Shown: piece by piece, positions 1 through 9,666 of the stretch
How the letters are laid out: every line of letters begins with the position of its first letter
How positions within the stretch are numbered: position 1 is the stretch's first letter
Source of the DNA: Methanomassiliicoccales archaeon
Lineage (GTDB): Archaea > Thermoplasmatota > Thermoplasmata > Methanomassiliicoccales > JACIVX01
NCBI GenBank assembly: GCA_050010535.1
Contig: JBEKKT010000004.1
Coordinates: 46-64,045, forward strand
Length of the DNA stretch: 64,000 nucleotides
Direction of reading: 5' to 3'
Notes under the pieces: model-generated
Database searches by the model: none
Seen by the model: only the letters and a program-made list of their open reading frames with translations
What the model was told of the DNA's origin: nothing
Position numbers and translations under genes: made by a program

Positions 1-1
1 C

Positions 2-1003
2 GGGAGATCTCGTATTCTTGCCGGGAACTTGAGGAAAGGAGACGGCGTGACTCTCTACCGTCTCGGTGTGAAAAAGGGCGGTTTCGAGGTCAGAGACATC
101 GAGAAGGAGGGAGACTTTTCTGTCATATCCGCGCCGTTCAAAGTCGATGACGGACAATACCTCGTCTACAAGACAAGAGATGCGGAGTTCGACCGGATCG
201 CTCAGATGATAGATTGCATGGAGTTCCCGAAGGAGGAGGGTGGCAGAAGGAGGCTTGAGCTCAAGCTTCCCCTCTCAGACAGGAGGGCTTCGAAGCGGGA
301 GTTGTCCTTCTACGTTTCCTCTTTGAAGTCACTGGAGAAGGTCATACCGTACGCGACGAGAGTGTACTTCGAATGGAACAGATATCAGGGGGATGCAAAG
401 TCGATGTGCGAGAACGCTGGCTTAGAATTCGTAATCATGATGCCCAGGGTATCGCCCGAAGTGCCGGATACGGACGAAAAATCGATCATGGTCAGCACCC
501 TCGGTCAGGTTCAAAAGTTCGGCGAGAGGCGACTATATGGGCATTATTCCTTAAACCTCTTCAACAGTCTCACAGTGCCAGCCCTTTATCAATATACTAT
601 ATCATTGGAGCTGTCGAAGATGGACATTCTCGATCTGGCAAGACACTACGCCGGTAGGTTGGAGGCGATGGTATTCGGCAGAATAGAGCTAATGGTGACG
701 AAGGACCCGACCCTCGAGGAGGGGACCCTAATAGACAGCAGGGGGAAGAAATTTCCCGTCTACCGCGACAACTCCGGATACGCTCACATACTGAATTCTT
801 CCGATCTGTTACTGCTGGACAACATGGAGGTCGTCGAAAGCATGGGTATAGAGTCATACGGAATCGACCTTAGGAGGAGGAGCGCCGAGCTTTCGGAACT
901 GGTCGCAAAGGCATTCTACGAAGGAAACGGCAGCTTGAAGGATGAGATTAGGGAGAGATGCGGGTCTATAACGGCTGGACATTTTCTAAGGGGAGTCATC
1001 TAA
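2..1003 (+). CDS. Peptidase U32 family protein, C-terminal portion (5' end upstream of window)
   Basis: The frame is open from base 2. The segment GRIELMVTKD..LIDSRGKKFPVYRDNSGYAHILNSSDLLLLDNMEVVESMGIESYGIDLRRRS resembles the conserved C-terminal half of U32 collagenase-type peptidases. TAA stop at 1001-1003. Confidence 0.45.
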   Translation, partial: GRSRILAGNLRKGDGVTLYRLGVKKGGFEVRDIEKEGDFSVISAPFKVDDGQYLVYKTRDAEFDRIAQMIDCMEFPKEEGGRRRLELKLPLSDRRASKRELSFYVSSLKSLEKVIPYATRVYFEWNRYQGDAKSMCENAGLEFVIMMPRVSPEVPDTDEKSIMVSTLGQVQKFGERRLYGHYSLNLFNSLTVPALYQYTISLELSKMDILDLARHYAGRLEAMVFGRIELMVTKDPTLEEGTLIDSRGKKFPVYRDNSGYAHILNSSDLLLLDNMEVVESMGIESYGIDLRRRSAELSELVAKAFYEGNGSLKDEIRERCGSITAGHFLRGVI

Positions 1004-1589
1004 TCGATCGCTCCGACTGCCCAATTCGCCCTTCGAGCAGGTTCGCTGGTGATAAGACTGTAGTATCGCCGGATAATATCTTCCTGCCTTAGCCTTGTTG
1101 AAGTGAGATGGCCAGTCCTGGAGGAGAATCGGTGGGATCGCCACCGGGTCTTGTCGAGATACGGGGCGATCCGCGATCGATTCCTGCTCCTTAGATGGAC
1201 GCTCGAACAATCGTGTGTGGCGAACTCAGGCGGTCAAGATCGATCGATGGAGTTGGGGGATTCTCCGACTCGTTCCTGGTTATGATCATTGTTACGTTAG
1301 GAATCATGCTTGTGACGAGGGCTGTTTCAGTGACAAGGGGTGGGCTATCGAAAAACAACAGGGGGGGGGAATTACCGAACGAGGCCAACCACGATCTGCT
1401 CGACCAGGTCCTCTCGAACAAGGATCTGTTCATCAAAGACGGTCTGGTGGATTTCACCCTGGTCAGTCAAACTTTCCAACCTATGTCTCCACGCTGACCT
1501 TCAAGATGCCGATAAACGAATGGAATATCGTGCTGATTTTGAACGTGTGGAGGATCCTGGAACGATCGTCATCTCTTTGTCACACCGTC

Positions 1590-1931
1590 TCAATGACGCC
1601 TGACGATCCTCTCTGCTTCCCTGGAAGCCTTGTCCAGTTCGATAAACTGGAAGATGAATGCGAGTATGATCGAGCCGAACATTAGGACAAGAACCGCCTC
1701 GGAAGGCAGCGGACTCATGAATTCGAAGTATCCGACATTCATCTGGTATTGTCCAACATACAAGGCAATGAAGAGGAGCGCAGCGATGCTTGTAATATAC
1801 ATCAGCCATCCATAGACTGACCTTCTGACGGTGACTGTTGTGCATTTCTCGTGGCAGATTTCGCATCTTCCTCTACTATACCAGTTCTTCGGATGAAGTG
1901 TCTTGCACTCAGGGCAATAGCAGAACTTCAC
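1590..1931 (-). CDS. Hypothetical Zn-ribbon membrane protein
   Basis: 113-aa ORF with an N-terminal CPEC..x..CEIC zinc-ribbon pattern followed by two hydrophobic helices. I recognise no family. Confidence 0.45.
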   Translation of the reverse strand: MKFCYCPECKTLHPKNWYSRGRCEICHEKCTTVTVRRSVYGWLMYITSIAALLFIALYVGQYQMNVGYFEFMSPLPSEAVLVLMFGSIILAFIFQFIELDKASREAERIVRRH

Positions 1932-2025
1932 GCCAACGAGACAGGTTCAACCGATATATTGCTTTTCGGATGACGAACTCGATACGAAAGATGCGCGCAC
2001 AAAGCCAGGCAGATACGAGAAGTGT

Positions 2026-3258
2026 TCACGCGCCGAACTTCTCAGACCTGTTTATTCTGTCCAGCAGTATCGGCATCAGGTCCTTGCCTCGTATCCTGCC
2101 CAACCCGCCTTTTGAAGCCGAGACCTCGTCGAAGGCGTCGACTCCATCTCTCACCGTGCTCTCGGAGCATATGGCCAGGGGCACGGGGTCTCCGCTGTGG
2201 TCTCCCACCTCTATCGGCGTGCAATGGTCGGCCAATAGAACGACGACTGTATCCGACGAAACTTTCCTCCGCAAAAGCCCGAGCATCTCGTCGATCCGTT
2301 CTATTACTTCGATTTTCTTCCTGCAGTCTCCGTCGTGGGAGGCGATGTCGGCAGCCTTTATGTTGACAAGCACGAAGTCTTTCGACTCCAGCAATCCCAG
2401 TGCCGAATTCGCTTTCGCGATCATGTCGGTGTCGAGCCCGCCTGTCGCCCCGTGCACCTCAACGACCTCCATCCCGCACACTCTGCAAATGCCTCTGATC
2501 AAGGAAACCCCCGCCACGCATGCTGATTCAAGGCCGTATCGGTCCTTGAACGATTCTATGTCGGGAAACATGCCAGCCCCTCGCGGGAGCAGGATATTAG
2601 CCACGGGCTTGCCAGACCCCCTTCTCTTAAGGTTGACTGGGTGATCATTCAACATCAGGTATGATTCCTTGACGAAATTGTTCACGGCCTTGGCGGTATT
2701 TCTGGCCTCCGGGATCAATGGCCGGCATTTTCGAACCTTGGCCAGAGCATGGGGATCAACGTCTGATACGCAGGGCGAGAGTCCTTTTCCCCTCAGCAGC
2801 AGGACAGCGCGGTGCTCCGTGGCCTCTCGGACGATGACGTTCACGCCATCGATCCTAATCTCTGAAAGTGCTTGAACCAACTCGGTCGTCTCAGGCTCCT
2901 TGATTCTTCCGGCCCTTCTATCAATGACGTTCAGCTTGTCATCTACGGTGGCGAAATTACACCTAAATGCAACATCCCCTTTCTTCCCAACGATTCCGAC
3001 TCCCGCCGCCTCGAACGGACCTCGCCCTGTATACACCTCAAAAGGATCGTAGCCCAGGATGGCGAGATGGGATGTGTCGCTTCCGGGGCGGATCCCAGGC
3101 GCAATCACGTCCATGATCCCACTTGATCCACGTTGTGCGAACCAGTTCATGTTGGGCCTGTGGGCCGCTTGGAGGGGGGTTCTGAAATCCAGATCCTTGA
3201 TCGCTCTGTCCCCCAGACCGTCCATGATCAGCAGGAGGACCTTCCTTCCTTGACTCAT
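2026..3258 (-). CDS. apgM: 2,3-bisphosphoglycerate-independent phosphoglycerate mutase, archaeal type
   Basis: 410 aa. N-terminus [40 protein letters not shown] is typical of archaeal ApgM (alkaline-phosphatase superfamily). ATG start, TGA stop. Confidence 0.9.
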   Translation of the reverse strand: MSQGRKVLLLIMDGLGDRAIKDLDFRTPLQAAHRPNMNWFAQRGSSGIMDVIAPGIRPGSDTSHLAILGYDPFEVYTGRGPFEAAGVGIVGKKGDVAFRCNFATVDDKLNVIDRRAGRIKEPETTELVQALSEIRIDGVNVIVREATEHRAVLLLRGKGLSPCVSDVDPHALAKVRKCRPLIPEARNTAKAVNNFVKESYLMLNDHPVNLKRRGSGKPVANILLPRGAGMFPDIESFKDRYGLESACVAGVSLIRGICRVCGMEVVEVHGATGGLDTDMIAKANSALGLLESKDFVLVNIKAADIASHDGDCRKKIEVIERIDEMLGLLRRKVSSDTVVVLLADHCTPIEVGDHSGDPVPLAICSESTVRDGVDAFDEVSASKGGLGRIRGKDLMPILLDRINRSEKFGA

Positions 3259-3307
3259 TTATATCATGTACTATATCGGTGAGGGCGTAGAAAAAGCTCA
3301 CTGGTCA

Positions 3308-3700
3308 TCAGGCGATCTCTGCAGACTTGTCCCTAGACCATATCTCCTCGGGCAGGGTGTCATACAAACAGGCTTCCTCCGGTTCCGCCCCGGATAACCG
3401 ACTTAGCTCTCTGGCGATTTCGTCCATATTCAGATCCCAATAGAAAATCCTCCAGGTCCTTCCGCTCGGGAGGGTCGCCTCCTCCCAATGAGTTTTCAAT
3501 AGCTTGAGGTCCTGTAGGAAGTAAAACAGCCTCCTGTCTTCCTGATCAAGACAGTTGTCTATGACGGACACACCGAATCCAAAGTAGTTCAGCAGTCGGA
3601 GGGCCAAGTCCTTAGCAGGGCTCCCGCTGATTCCGACCTTGCTTTCGATAACCTTGGATAGAGTCCTAAGGTTCAACGTCGCTTCGTTCTTTCGTGTCAT
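3308..3700 (-). CDS. Conserved hypothetical protein (paralog of 33369..33731)
   Basis: 130 aa. Clearly alignable to the ORF at 33369..33731 (LLNYFGFGVSVIDNCLDQEDRRLFYFLQ..GRTWRIFYWDLN..LYDTLPEEIWSR). No family name recognised. Confidence 0.6.
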   Translation of the reverse strand: MTRKNEATLNLRTLSKVIESKVGISGSPAKDLALRLLNYFGFGVSVIDNCLDQEDRRLFYFLQDLKLLKTHWEEATLPSGRTWRIFYWDLNMDEIARELSRLSGAEPEEACLYDTLPEEIWSRDKSAEIA

Positions 3701-3844
3701 AGTCGCCTCATTCCTCTTGCTCTGATGCTATAAATAGATTGCTTTGCCATAAATTGTTTGAGCACCGGATATGAGCATGGACATCGAGTGAACTTCATTG
3801 CCGGCTTGGATTATGAAATCTAGTTCGATGCGTCCGCGTATACT

Positions 3845-5034
3845 TCAAACAAAAGAGACAAGGCTCGCCAGAAGAAGTGTTGCCTTTCCCAACCTATGTT
3901 CTCCCATGACACTCTTGTCCTTGGTGAGAAACATCAGTGGAATAACAATGAAGGGAAGTAGGGCCCCGTTCAGATACTGTGTGAAGACCATTATCTGAAT
4001 TTGGTTTGGCAAGAGTGAAGCGACTCCCGCCACAGTGAGCGCCAAAACGAATGCCAGTCTGAATCCTCTCTTCGTGATTCTTCCATGATATCCCAGAAAA
4101 CCAGAAGCGTTGTAGACGCTACCTAGGCCCACAGTAACAACGGCTGATATGCCTGCACATGCGAAAGCAATAGCAAACAACGTCAATCCAATGCTCCCAA
4201 ACCTATCGTGGAATGGAGCAGCTATGTCCAGGAAACCGCTCACAGGCTTCCCTTTGATCAGGATTGTTGCAATTGCTATCACGACTACATTCAGAACCGT
4301 ACCTGTTAGAATGCTGAGAACAGAGTCTATCCTCGCTTTGGTCACTGATTTCCTGCGCTCAACCAGTTCTTCCACACTGCTCTATGATGGTGAACCCACC
4401 CCTTCTCATGAACCAGTCCACTGTGCAAGACAACGTAAGTGGGCATGATCGAGGCTCCAATCACGGCCTCTGCATAGTAGAAGGAATTCGCTTTGAAGGA
4501 TGGCACCAATGAGTCGAGCGCAATTGTTCCAAGAGGAGCATTCAGAACGAAAAGGAAGTATAAGTAAGCCAAGAAGATCGTCGTTACCAGGAGCATTAGC
4601 ACTCTCTCTAGTTTGCCATACGAACTGAAGTAAACCAGAATCGATATGAGCGTTACTGAAGCAGCTATACCCACAGAATAGGCTACTCCGAATAGGAAGG
4701 AAATTGCAAGACTAAGACCCATGACTTCGGCGGTCAATGTGGAAAAGTCTAGAAAAAGCGAAGTAGCAAAGAGCGGATAGGAATAGTGCTTCCCGTATCT
4801 CTCGTATATGTTCTCTGCAAGAGTTTTCCCTGTGACAACCCCAAGTCTTGCGCTGATTTCTTGAATTCCAATCAGTAGTATGCCTGAATACAGGGCGGCC
4901 CACAGGATTTCAAATCCGAATATTGCTCCAGAGGCGGTGGACGTGACAATGCTGGCGGGGTCGAATAGCTCCACCGATACCAGGACGGCAGGCCCCATGA
5001 TCGCAAATGCCTTGACGATGCCTCTTATGTTCAT
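3845..5034 (-). pseudogene. mntH: Nramp-family divalent metal (Mn2+/Fe2+) transporter, split by a frameshift
   Basis: Two overlapping ORFs (4342..5034 and 3845..4375) together give about 406 aa, the length of an Nramp. The first ends just after the conserved MPTYVVLHSGLV motif. The second continues the C-terminal TM helices in another frame and is opened only by a GTG. Confidence 0.75.
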
Positions 5035-5321
5035 CAGAGCAGTCTCATTATGCTCAAACGCAAATTAAGAATCTTCCCGTTCATACCAGAAAACAGGGCA
5101 TCCCTCGTCGCAATTGTTCCCGTATCCTCTATGCTCAGGTCGACTGATAACTCGTCCTTGCCTTCTTGAGAGCAGACTGGATCTTTCCATTTGTTAGACT
5201 CGTTCATTAATTACGAGATCGGTGCATCGTCACCAGGTCCAGTGCCATGCCCCGACACTTATCACAGTTCTGAAGGCAGATAAGGAGAGGCAGAATCTAG
5301 ATATGATAGTTCTCAGAGAAT

Positions 5322-5759
5322 ATGAAGAAAGAATTTTGTGCATGTAGAGAACTCAACACCGGGGATGAGTTGAAAAAGGGAACGAAATATGCTCTCGTAG
5401 GCACGATTGTCATCCTCATCATCTACGTGATAACAGCCTTGGCAGTAGCGCGATGGGAACGGGATACAGCCACAGTTCCAGGTGTGCCAACGAATCTGCA
5501 GGCGGTTCCAGGCGATGGATCTGTTTTCCTCAAATGGAATGCTTCATCGAGCGACGGTGGCGCGCCGATATACTACTATGTCATCTATATGGATGGACGA
5601 GCTATCAGGAATTCGGCCGTTACGTCAGACACGATCAGTCGTCTTGTTAACGATCAACCCCACTCATTCTATGTAAGAGCTCTCAATATCATCGGGCTAA
5701 GCGAGAAAAGTAACTCAGTCATGGTGATGCCTGCGAAGACTCCTGACTTACACTTCTGA
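5322..5759 (+). CDS. Membrane-anchored fibronectin type III domain protein
   Basis: An N-terminal TM helix (YALVGTIVILIIYVITALAV) is followed by PGVPTNLQAVPGDGSVFLKWNASSSDGGAPIYYYVIY..SFYVRALNIIGLS, a typical FN3 pattern. Confidence 0.6.
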   Translation: MKKEFCACRELNTGDELKKGTKYALVGTIVILIIYVITALAVARWERDTATVPGVPTNLQAVPGDGSVFLKWNASSSDGGAPIYYYVIYMDGRAIRNSAVTSDTISRLVNDQPHSFYVRALNIIGLSEKSNSVMVMPAKTPDLHF

Positions 5760-5876
5760 TGGTTCTGACGGATAAGGGACCCCGAGGGGTAAACAAAAAG
5801 GGAAAGCGTTTGAAGGCGCGGCGATGTGATTTCATTTTTGATTGAAATTGAAAAATAGAATTCTGGATTTGCTCGA

Positions 5877-5964
5877 TGGTGCAGGGGGTGCGATTTGAAC
5901 GCACGGACCCCTTCGGGACAAGGTCCTAAGCCTTGCGCCTTTGGCCAAGCTTGGCTACCCCTGC
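5877..5964 (-). tRNA. tRNA-Leu (anticodon UAG), CCA encoded
   Basis: Manual fold: acceptor GCAGGGG/CCCCTGC, anticodon stem CAAGG/CCTTG with loop CTTAGGA, long variable arm, T-arm GTGCG-TTCAAAT-CGCAC, 3' ACCA. Confidence 0.9.
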
Positions 5965-5987
5965 AGATACTCGCAGGATGTTTTCAA

Positions 5988-6000
5988 GATTATTAATCCT
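5988..6000 (-). promoter_or_regulatory. TATA-like box upstream of tRNA-Leu
   Basis: The minus strand reads AGGATTAATAATC, centred about 30 nt upstream of the tRNA 5' end. Confidence 0.4.
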
Positions 6001-6100
6001 TTCTTAGTCTCCACAGTCGAATCGACCGTCTGATCGGTTCTGGTTATGCTTAGATCGTGTTTGAATCAATTATGCCGCAGAAGACGATAAGCCGCAGTGA

Positions 6101-6538
6101 CTACTCTAGATATAATATAAGATACTGAGCTACTACCTCAAATGCGATTGACTTCTTGCTCGAATATGCCTTGATCTTTCCTCTCACAGCGATAACGTCG
6201 TCTTTTCCAGAGAGAACGATTCTCTCCAAGTACGCCTCCTGCTTGTCCAATCTGAGAAAGAAAGAACACTCGTCGTCTATCCTTCGGTCCAATGTCCTCA
6301 GAAGCTCAGCGATGTTGGTCTTTCCCAGTTTATCGAAGAATGCGTCGATGTCCTTTTTCCGCTTGACTGCTACTTCTAGGATTGTGATCGGGTTTCCATG
6401 ATACCCCGATGACTTCATTCTTGAGACATCGCTCGCGCCCGAAACGAAGATCAGAGCCTTGACGACGCGCTCTTCATCCTCTGTCGCATGGACGAAGGCT
6501 CTGAAGTTCAGGTTGTGGAATGACATCTGAGCTATCAT
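6101..6538 (-). CDS. UPF0201/DUF54-type RNA-binding protein (predicted exosome-associated, COG1325-like)
   Basis: 145 aa. The N-terminal NFRAFVHATEDEERVVKAL and the overall size match my recollection of the archaeal UPF0201 family. TAG stop. Confidence 0.5.
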   Translation of the reverse strand: MIAQMSFHNLNFRAFVHATEDEERVVKALIFVSGASDVSRMKSSGYHGNPITILEVAVKRKKDIDAFFDKLGKTNIAELLRTLDRRIDDECSFFLRLDKQEAYLERIVLSGKDDVIAVRGKIKAYSSKKSIAFEVVAQYLILYLE

Positions 6539-6700
6539 GTTCTTATTGTCAGATATTCCTTTCCGAGTGAGATATTGCTATTTCGCGACTCTGGTTTGCT
6601 TCCCTTGCTAAGAAGCTACGAATGAATGATTCTGACCCAAGGCATTCTACGAAATTGTATTGACATTTATTAGCACGCCAGATACTCCATCTAACAAAGG

Positions 6701-6708
6701 TTTATAAT
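6701..6708 (+). promoter_or_regulatory. TATA-like box upstream of the por operon
   Basis: TTTATAAT lies 33-40 nt upstream of the porG ATG in an otherwise GC-richer spacer. Confidence 0.4.
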
Positions 6709-6740
6709 CAAAAACGAGATTCAAGAGCGGTGTTAAGTAC

Positions 6741-7292
6741 ATGATTGAGATAAGGATGCACGGTCGAGGCGGCCAGGGAGCGGTCGTAGCCTCAGAAATG
6801 CTCGCTCGGGCCGCCGTGAAAGATGGGATGCACGCCTCAGCATTTCCGTTTTTTGGAGTAGAAAGGCGTGGCTGTCCCGTTACAGCATACTGCAGAATCG
6901 ACGATAAGCCCATAAGAATCCACGCTGGGATATACGAGCCCGACTATGTGATCGTGCTCGATCCAAGCCTCATGAGCCTGGTCGATGTCTTCCAGGGCCT
7001 GAAACCAGACGGTAAGATCCTGATCAATACTACCAGGACGAGAGAGGAGCTGAAGATAAAGCCCCCGAACAAGATGGTGACCGTCGACGCTACAGGAATT
7101 GCGCTCAAACGCGGACTCGGAAGCGAGACGGCCCCGATAGTCAACACGGCCATCATCGGAGCTTTCGTCAAGATGTTCCCGAAGATTTCGATAGGCTCGC
7201 TGCTAGAAAGCGTGAAGGCGGCGGCCCCCGCGAAGAAAGAAGACAATGCTGCTGCAGCCAAGGACGCTTATGAGATAACTGAGGAGGTTTGA
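6741..7292 (+). CDS. porG: Pyruvate/2-oxoacid:ferredoxin oxidoreductase gamma subunit
   Basis: IEIRMHGRGGQGAVVASEMLARAA..FPFFGVERRG is the canonical gamma-subunit N-terminus. It is first in a gamma-delta-alpha-beta gene order. Confidence 0.85.
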   Translation: MIEIRMHGRGGQGAVVASEMLARAAVKDGMHASAFPFFGVERRGCPVTAYCRIDDKPIRIHAGIYEPDYVIVLDPSLMSLVDVFQGLKPDGKILINTTRTREELKIKPPNKMVTVDATGIALKRGLGSETAPIVNTAIIGAFVKMFPKISIGSLLESVKAAAPAKKEDNAAAAKDAYEITEEV

Positions 7293-7582
7293 GCTACATG
7301 GTCGTTCTCGAAACGTACAAAGATCTGCCCTCCACGCCGGTCACCTTCCGCTCCACGGAAAGCAACAAGACCGGAACTTGGAGGACGATTCGACCTGTCT
7401 TCAACGAAAGCAAGTGCACGAGATGCTACATCTGCTGGAAGTACTGCCCAGATCTCAGTGTCGAAGTAGCTAGCGAAGGCGACTTCCCCAAGATCGACTA
7501 CGATTACTGCAAAGGATGCGGCATCTGCGCGAACGAGTGCCCTTCTGAGGCCATAGTCATGGAGAAGGAGGCGCGTAAATGA
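7289..7582 (+). CDS. porD: Pyruvate:ferredoxin oxidoreductase delta subunit (2x[4Fe-4S])
   Basis: NKTGTWRTIRPVFNESKCTRCYICWKYCPD..CKGCGICANECP. The start is either TTG 7289 (overlapping the porG stop as TTGA) or ATG 7298, which lies 10 nt after GAGGAGG. Confidence 0.85.
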   Translation: MSYMVVLETYKDLPSTPVTFRSTESNKTGTWRTIRPVFNESKCTRCYICWKYCPDLSVEVASEGDFPKIDYDYCKGCGICANECPSEAIVMEKEARK

Positions 7583-8769
7583 TCGAAGTAATGACATCCA
7601 ACTACGCCGCCGCGCACGGGGCACGACTCTCCAAGGTCGAGGTCATAGCGGCATATCCCATCACCCCGGCGAGCAGCATAGCCGAGAAGCTTGCAGAGAT
7701 GTCGGTGAAGGGTGAGTTGCATGGCCAGTACATCCTCGTGGAGAGCGAGCACAGCGCTATGTCACTCTTGATTGGCGCGTCGTATGTCGGAGCAAGGACT
7801 TTCACGGCCACTTCCTCCCAAGGACTCGCCCTGATGCACGAAATGCTCTATTGGGCGACGGGCGCAAGAAGACCGATAGTCATGACCGTCGTCTCACGAG
7901 CTATGGCCCCGCCGTGGAACATCTGGGGAGACCAGATGGACGTTATAGGGGAGAGGGACACCGGATGGATGCAGTTTTTCTGCGAGAACAATCAGGAGAC
8001 GCTCGACACGATCATAATGTCCTACAAGATAGCGGAGGACCGGTCCGTCATGTTGCCTGCGATGGTCATCGAGGATGGGTTCATTTTGTCCCATACATTT
8101 GAGGCCGTGGACTTACCAAGTCAAGACGATGTCGATGAATTTCTTCCGAAGTTCAATCCTGAGTTAAAGATCGACTTCAATGACCCGAGGCGCTTCGGAG
8201 GCTTGGTCATGCCCGACTGGTGGTCCGAGTTCCGATTCAGGATCTCGGAGGACATGGAGGGCGCGAAGAAAAAGATCGTCGAGGTCGATAAAGAGTTCGG
8301 GAAGAAGTTCGACAGGAGCTACGGCGGTCTGGTCGAGTTCTACAACTGCGACGATGCGGACGTGGTCCTCGCTCTCGCTGGATCGGCGGTGGGCACCGCA
8401 AAGGAAGTCTCCGACAGAATGAGAGAGCGCGGAAAGAAGGTCGGGGTCGTCAAAATCAAGACGCTCCGCCCATTGCCGGCAGAGGAACTGAAGAAACTGA
8501 ACGATATGGTGCCTGTGGTCGGGGTTTTCGATAGGAGTTACAACTTCGGGCACGGCGCGGGCATCTTCAGCGAGGTAAGGAACGGCATATACTCACCAGG
8601 CGGCGGCCCGTTCATGAAGGACTATGTCGGAGGCATGGGCGGCAGGGACTTCACCCCGAAGCACATGGAGTGGGTGTTCGAGGATCTCTTGAAGATAAAG
8701 AAAGAGCAGAAGGTCGACAGAATGGTCGAGTGGCTTCCTCTACGGGACGGAACGGGGAGGTGGTATTGA
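7579..8769 (+). CDS. porA: Pyruvate:ferredoxin oxidoreductase alpha subunit
   Basis: 396 aa. NYAAAHGARLSKVEVIAAYPITPAS..ESEHSAMS.. is typical. The ATG overlaps the porD stop (ATGA). Confidence 0.9.
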   Translation: MIEVMTSNYAAAHGARLSKVEVIAAYPITPASSIAEKLAEMSVKGELHGQYILVESEHSAMSLLIGASYVGARTFTATSSQGLALMHEMLYWATGARRPIVMTVVSRAMAPPWNIWGDQMDVIGERDTGWMQFFCENNQETLDTIIMSYKIAEDRSVMLPAMVIEDGFILSHTFEAVDLPSQDDVDEFLPKFNPELKIDFNDPRRFGGLVMPDWWSEFRFRISEDMEGAKKKIVEVDKEFGKKFDRSYGGLVEFYNCDDADVVLALAGSAVGTAKEVSDRMRERGKKVGVVKIKTLRPLPAEELKKLNDMVPVVGVFDRSYNFGHGAGIFSEVRNGIYSPGGGPFMKDYVGGMGGRDFTPKHMEWVFEDLLKIKKEQKVDRMVEWLPLRDGTGRWY

Positions 8770-9666
8770 ATGCCGAAGTTCACAATTCCGAAGGAAGAAT
8801 ACGTCTACAAGGGTCATAGTGCGTGCCCCGGTTGCGGGACGCCGCTGGCCCTCAGGTATGCACTGAAGGCATTGGGTCCAAAGACCGTGCTCAACTTCCC
8901 TGCTGGTTGCGGCGGCGTGATATTGGGCGTCTGGCCCGGATACGCGATGAAAGTGCCGGTCGTCGATAATGCCTTCGAATGCACCGCAGCGGTCTCCAAT
9001 GGACTCAGGGCGGGGTTCGAGGTCAAGGGCGTCGAGGACGCTTACGTTGTCGGCTGGGCGGGAGACGGAGGCACGGTCGACATCGGCCTACAAGCTCTCT
9101 CGGCGGCAGTCGATAGGAACTCGAACATCATCTACGTGATGCTTGATAACGAGGCGTACATGAACACTGGCATTCAAAGGAGCGGTTGCACGCCGGTCGG
9201 AGCATGGACGACAACGACCCCGGTGTCGAACGGAAAGGGATACAACCTGTCGCCCAAGAAGAGGATAATGGACATGATGGTCATCAACGGCATTGCCTAC
9301 GGGGCGACGGTTAATGTCGCCTATCCAGAGGATTTCGTGGCGCGGATGCAGAAGGCCAAGGATATCAAGGGCACGAAATTCATACATGCCCTGGCGCCAT
9401 GCACGGCCGGATGGCGCATCGACCCATCAAAGAGCGTGGAGATCGGGAGGCTGGCAACCCAGACGGGCGCATTCCCGCTTTACGAAGTGGACCACGGCAA
9501 GTACTCCCTGACCAAGGAGATAAAGAAGAGGAAGCCGATCGATGAGTATCTGAAGCTACAGGGAAGGTTCAGACATCTTCAAAAGGAAGCGATCGTGGAC
9601 ATCCAGAGACTAGTCGACGAGGAGTACGAAAGGCTCCTCAACATGGTAAAGGTCACCAATGGGTAA
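8770..9666 (+). CDS. porB: Pyruvate:ferredoxin oxidoreductase beta subunit (TPP-binding)
   Basis: GHSACPGCG..GWAGDGGTVDIGLQALSAA..NIIYVMLDNEAYMNTG (TPP motif). Confidence 0.9.
   Translation: MPKFTIPKEEYVYKGHSACPGCGTPLALRYALKALGPKTVLNFPAGCGGVILGVWPGYAMKVPVVDNAFECTAAVSNGLRAGFEVKGVEDAYVVGWAGDGGTVDIGLQALSAAVDRNSNIIYVMLDNEAYMNTGIQRSGCTPVGAWTTTTPVSNGKGYNLSPKKRIMDMMVINGIAYGATVNVAYPEDFVARMQKAKDIKGTKFIHALAPCTAGWRIDPSKSVEIGRLATQTGAFPLYEVDHGKYSLTKEIKKRKPIDEYLKLQGRFRHLQKEAIVDIQRLVDEEYERLLNMVKVTNG

Noticed and set aside
1004-1589. The possibility that the ORF-free gap encodes RNase P RNA or SRP (7S) RNA.
   Set aside because: I could not find the universally conserved RNase P CR-I (GAGGAAAGUCC-like) or SRP helix-8 (GNAR tetraloop / AGCA-type) elements on either strand. 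Only a short GGTGG..CCACC hairpin is present. I left it as an unexplained gap in findings.
6821-6832. A 12-nt match (GATGGGATGCAC) to the reverse complement of the 17-mer repeat, inside porG.
   Set aside because: It lies in well-conserved coding sequence (K-D-G-M-H-A) and is only a partial match. I treated it as coincidence rather than a third copy of the element.
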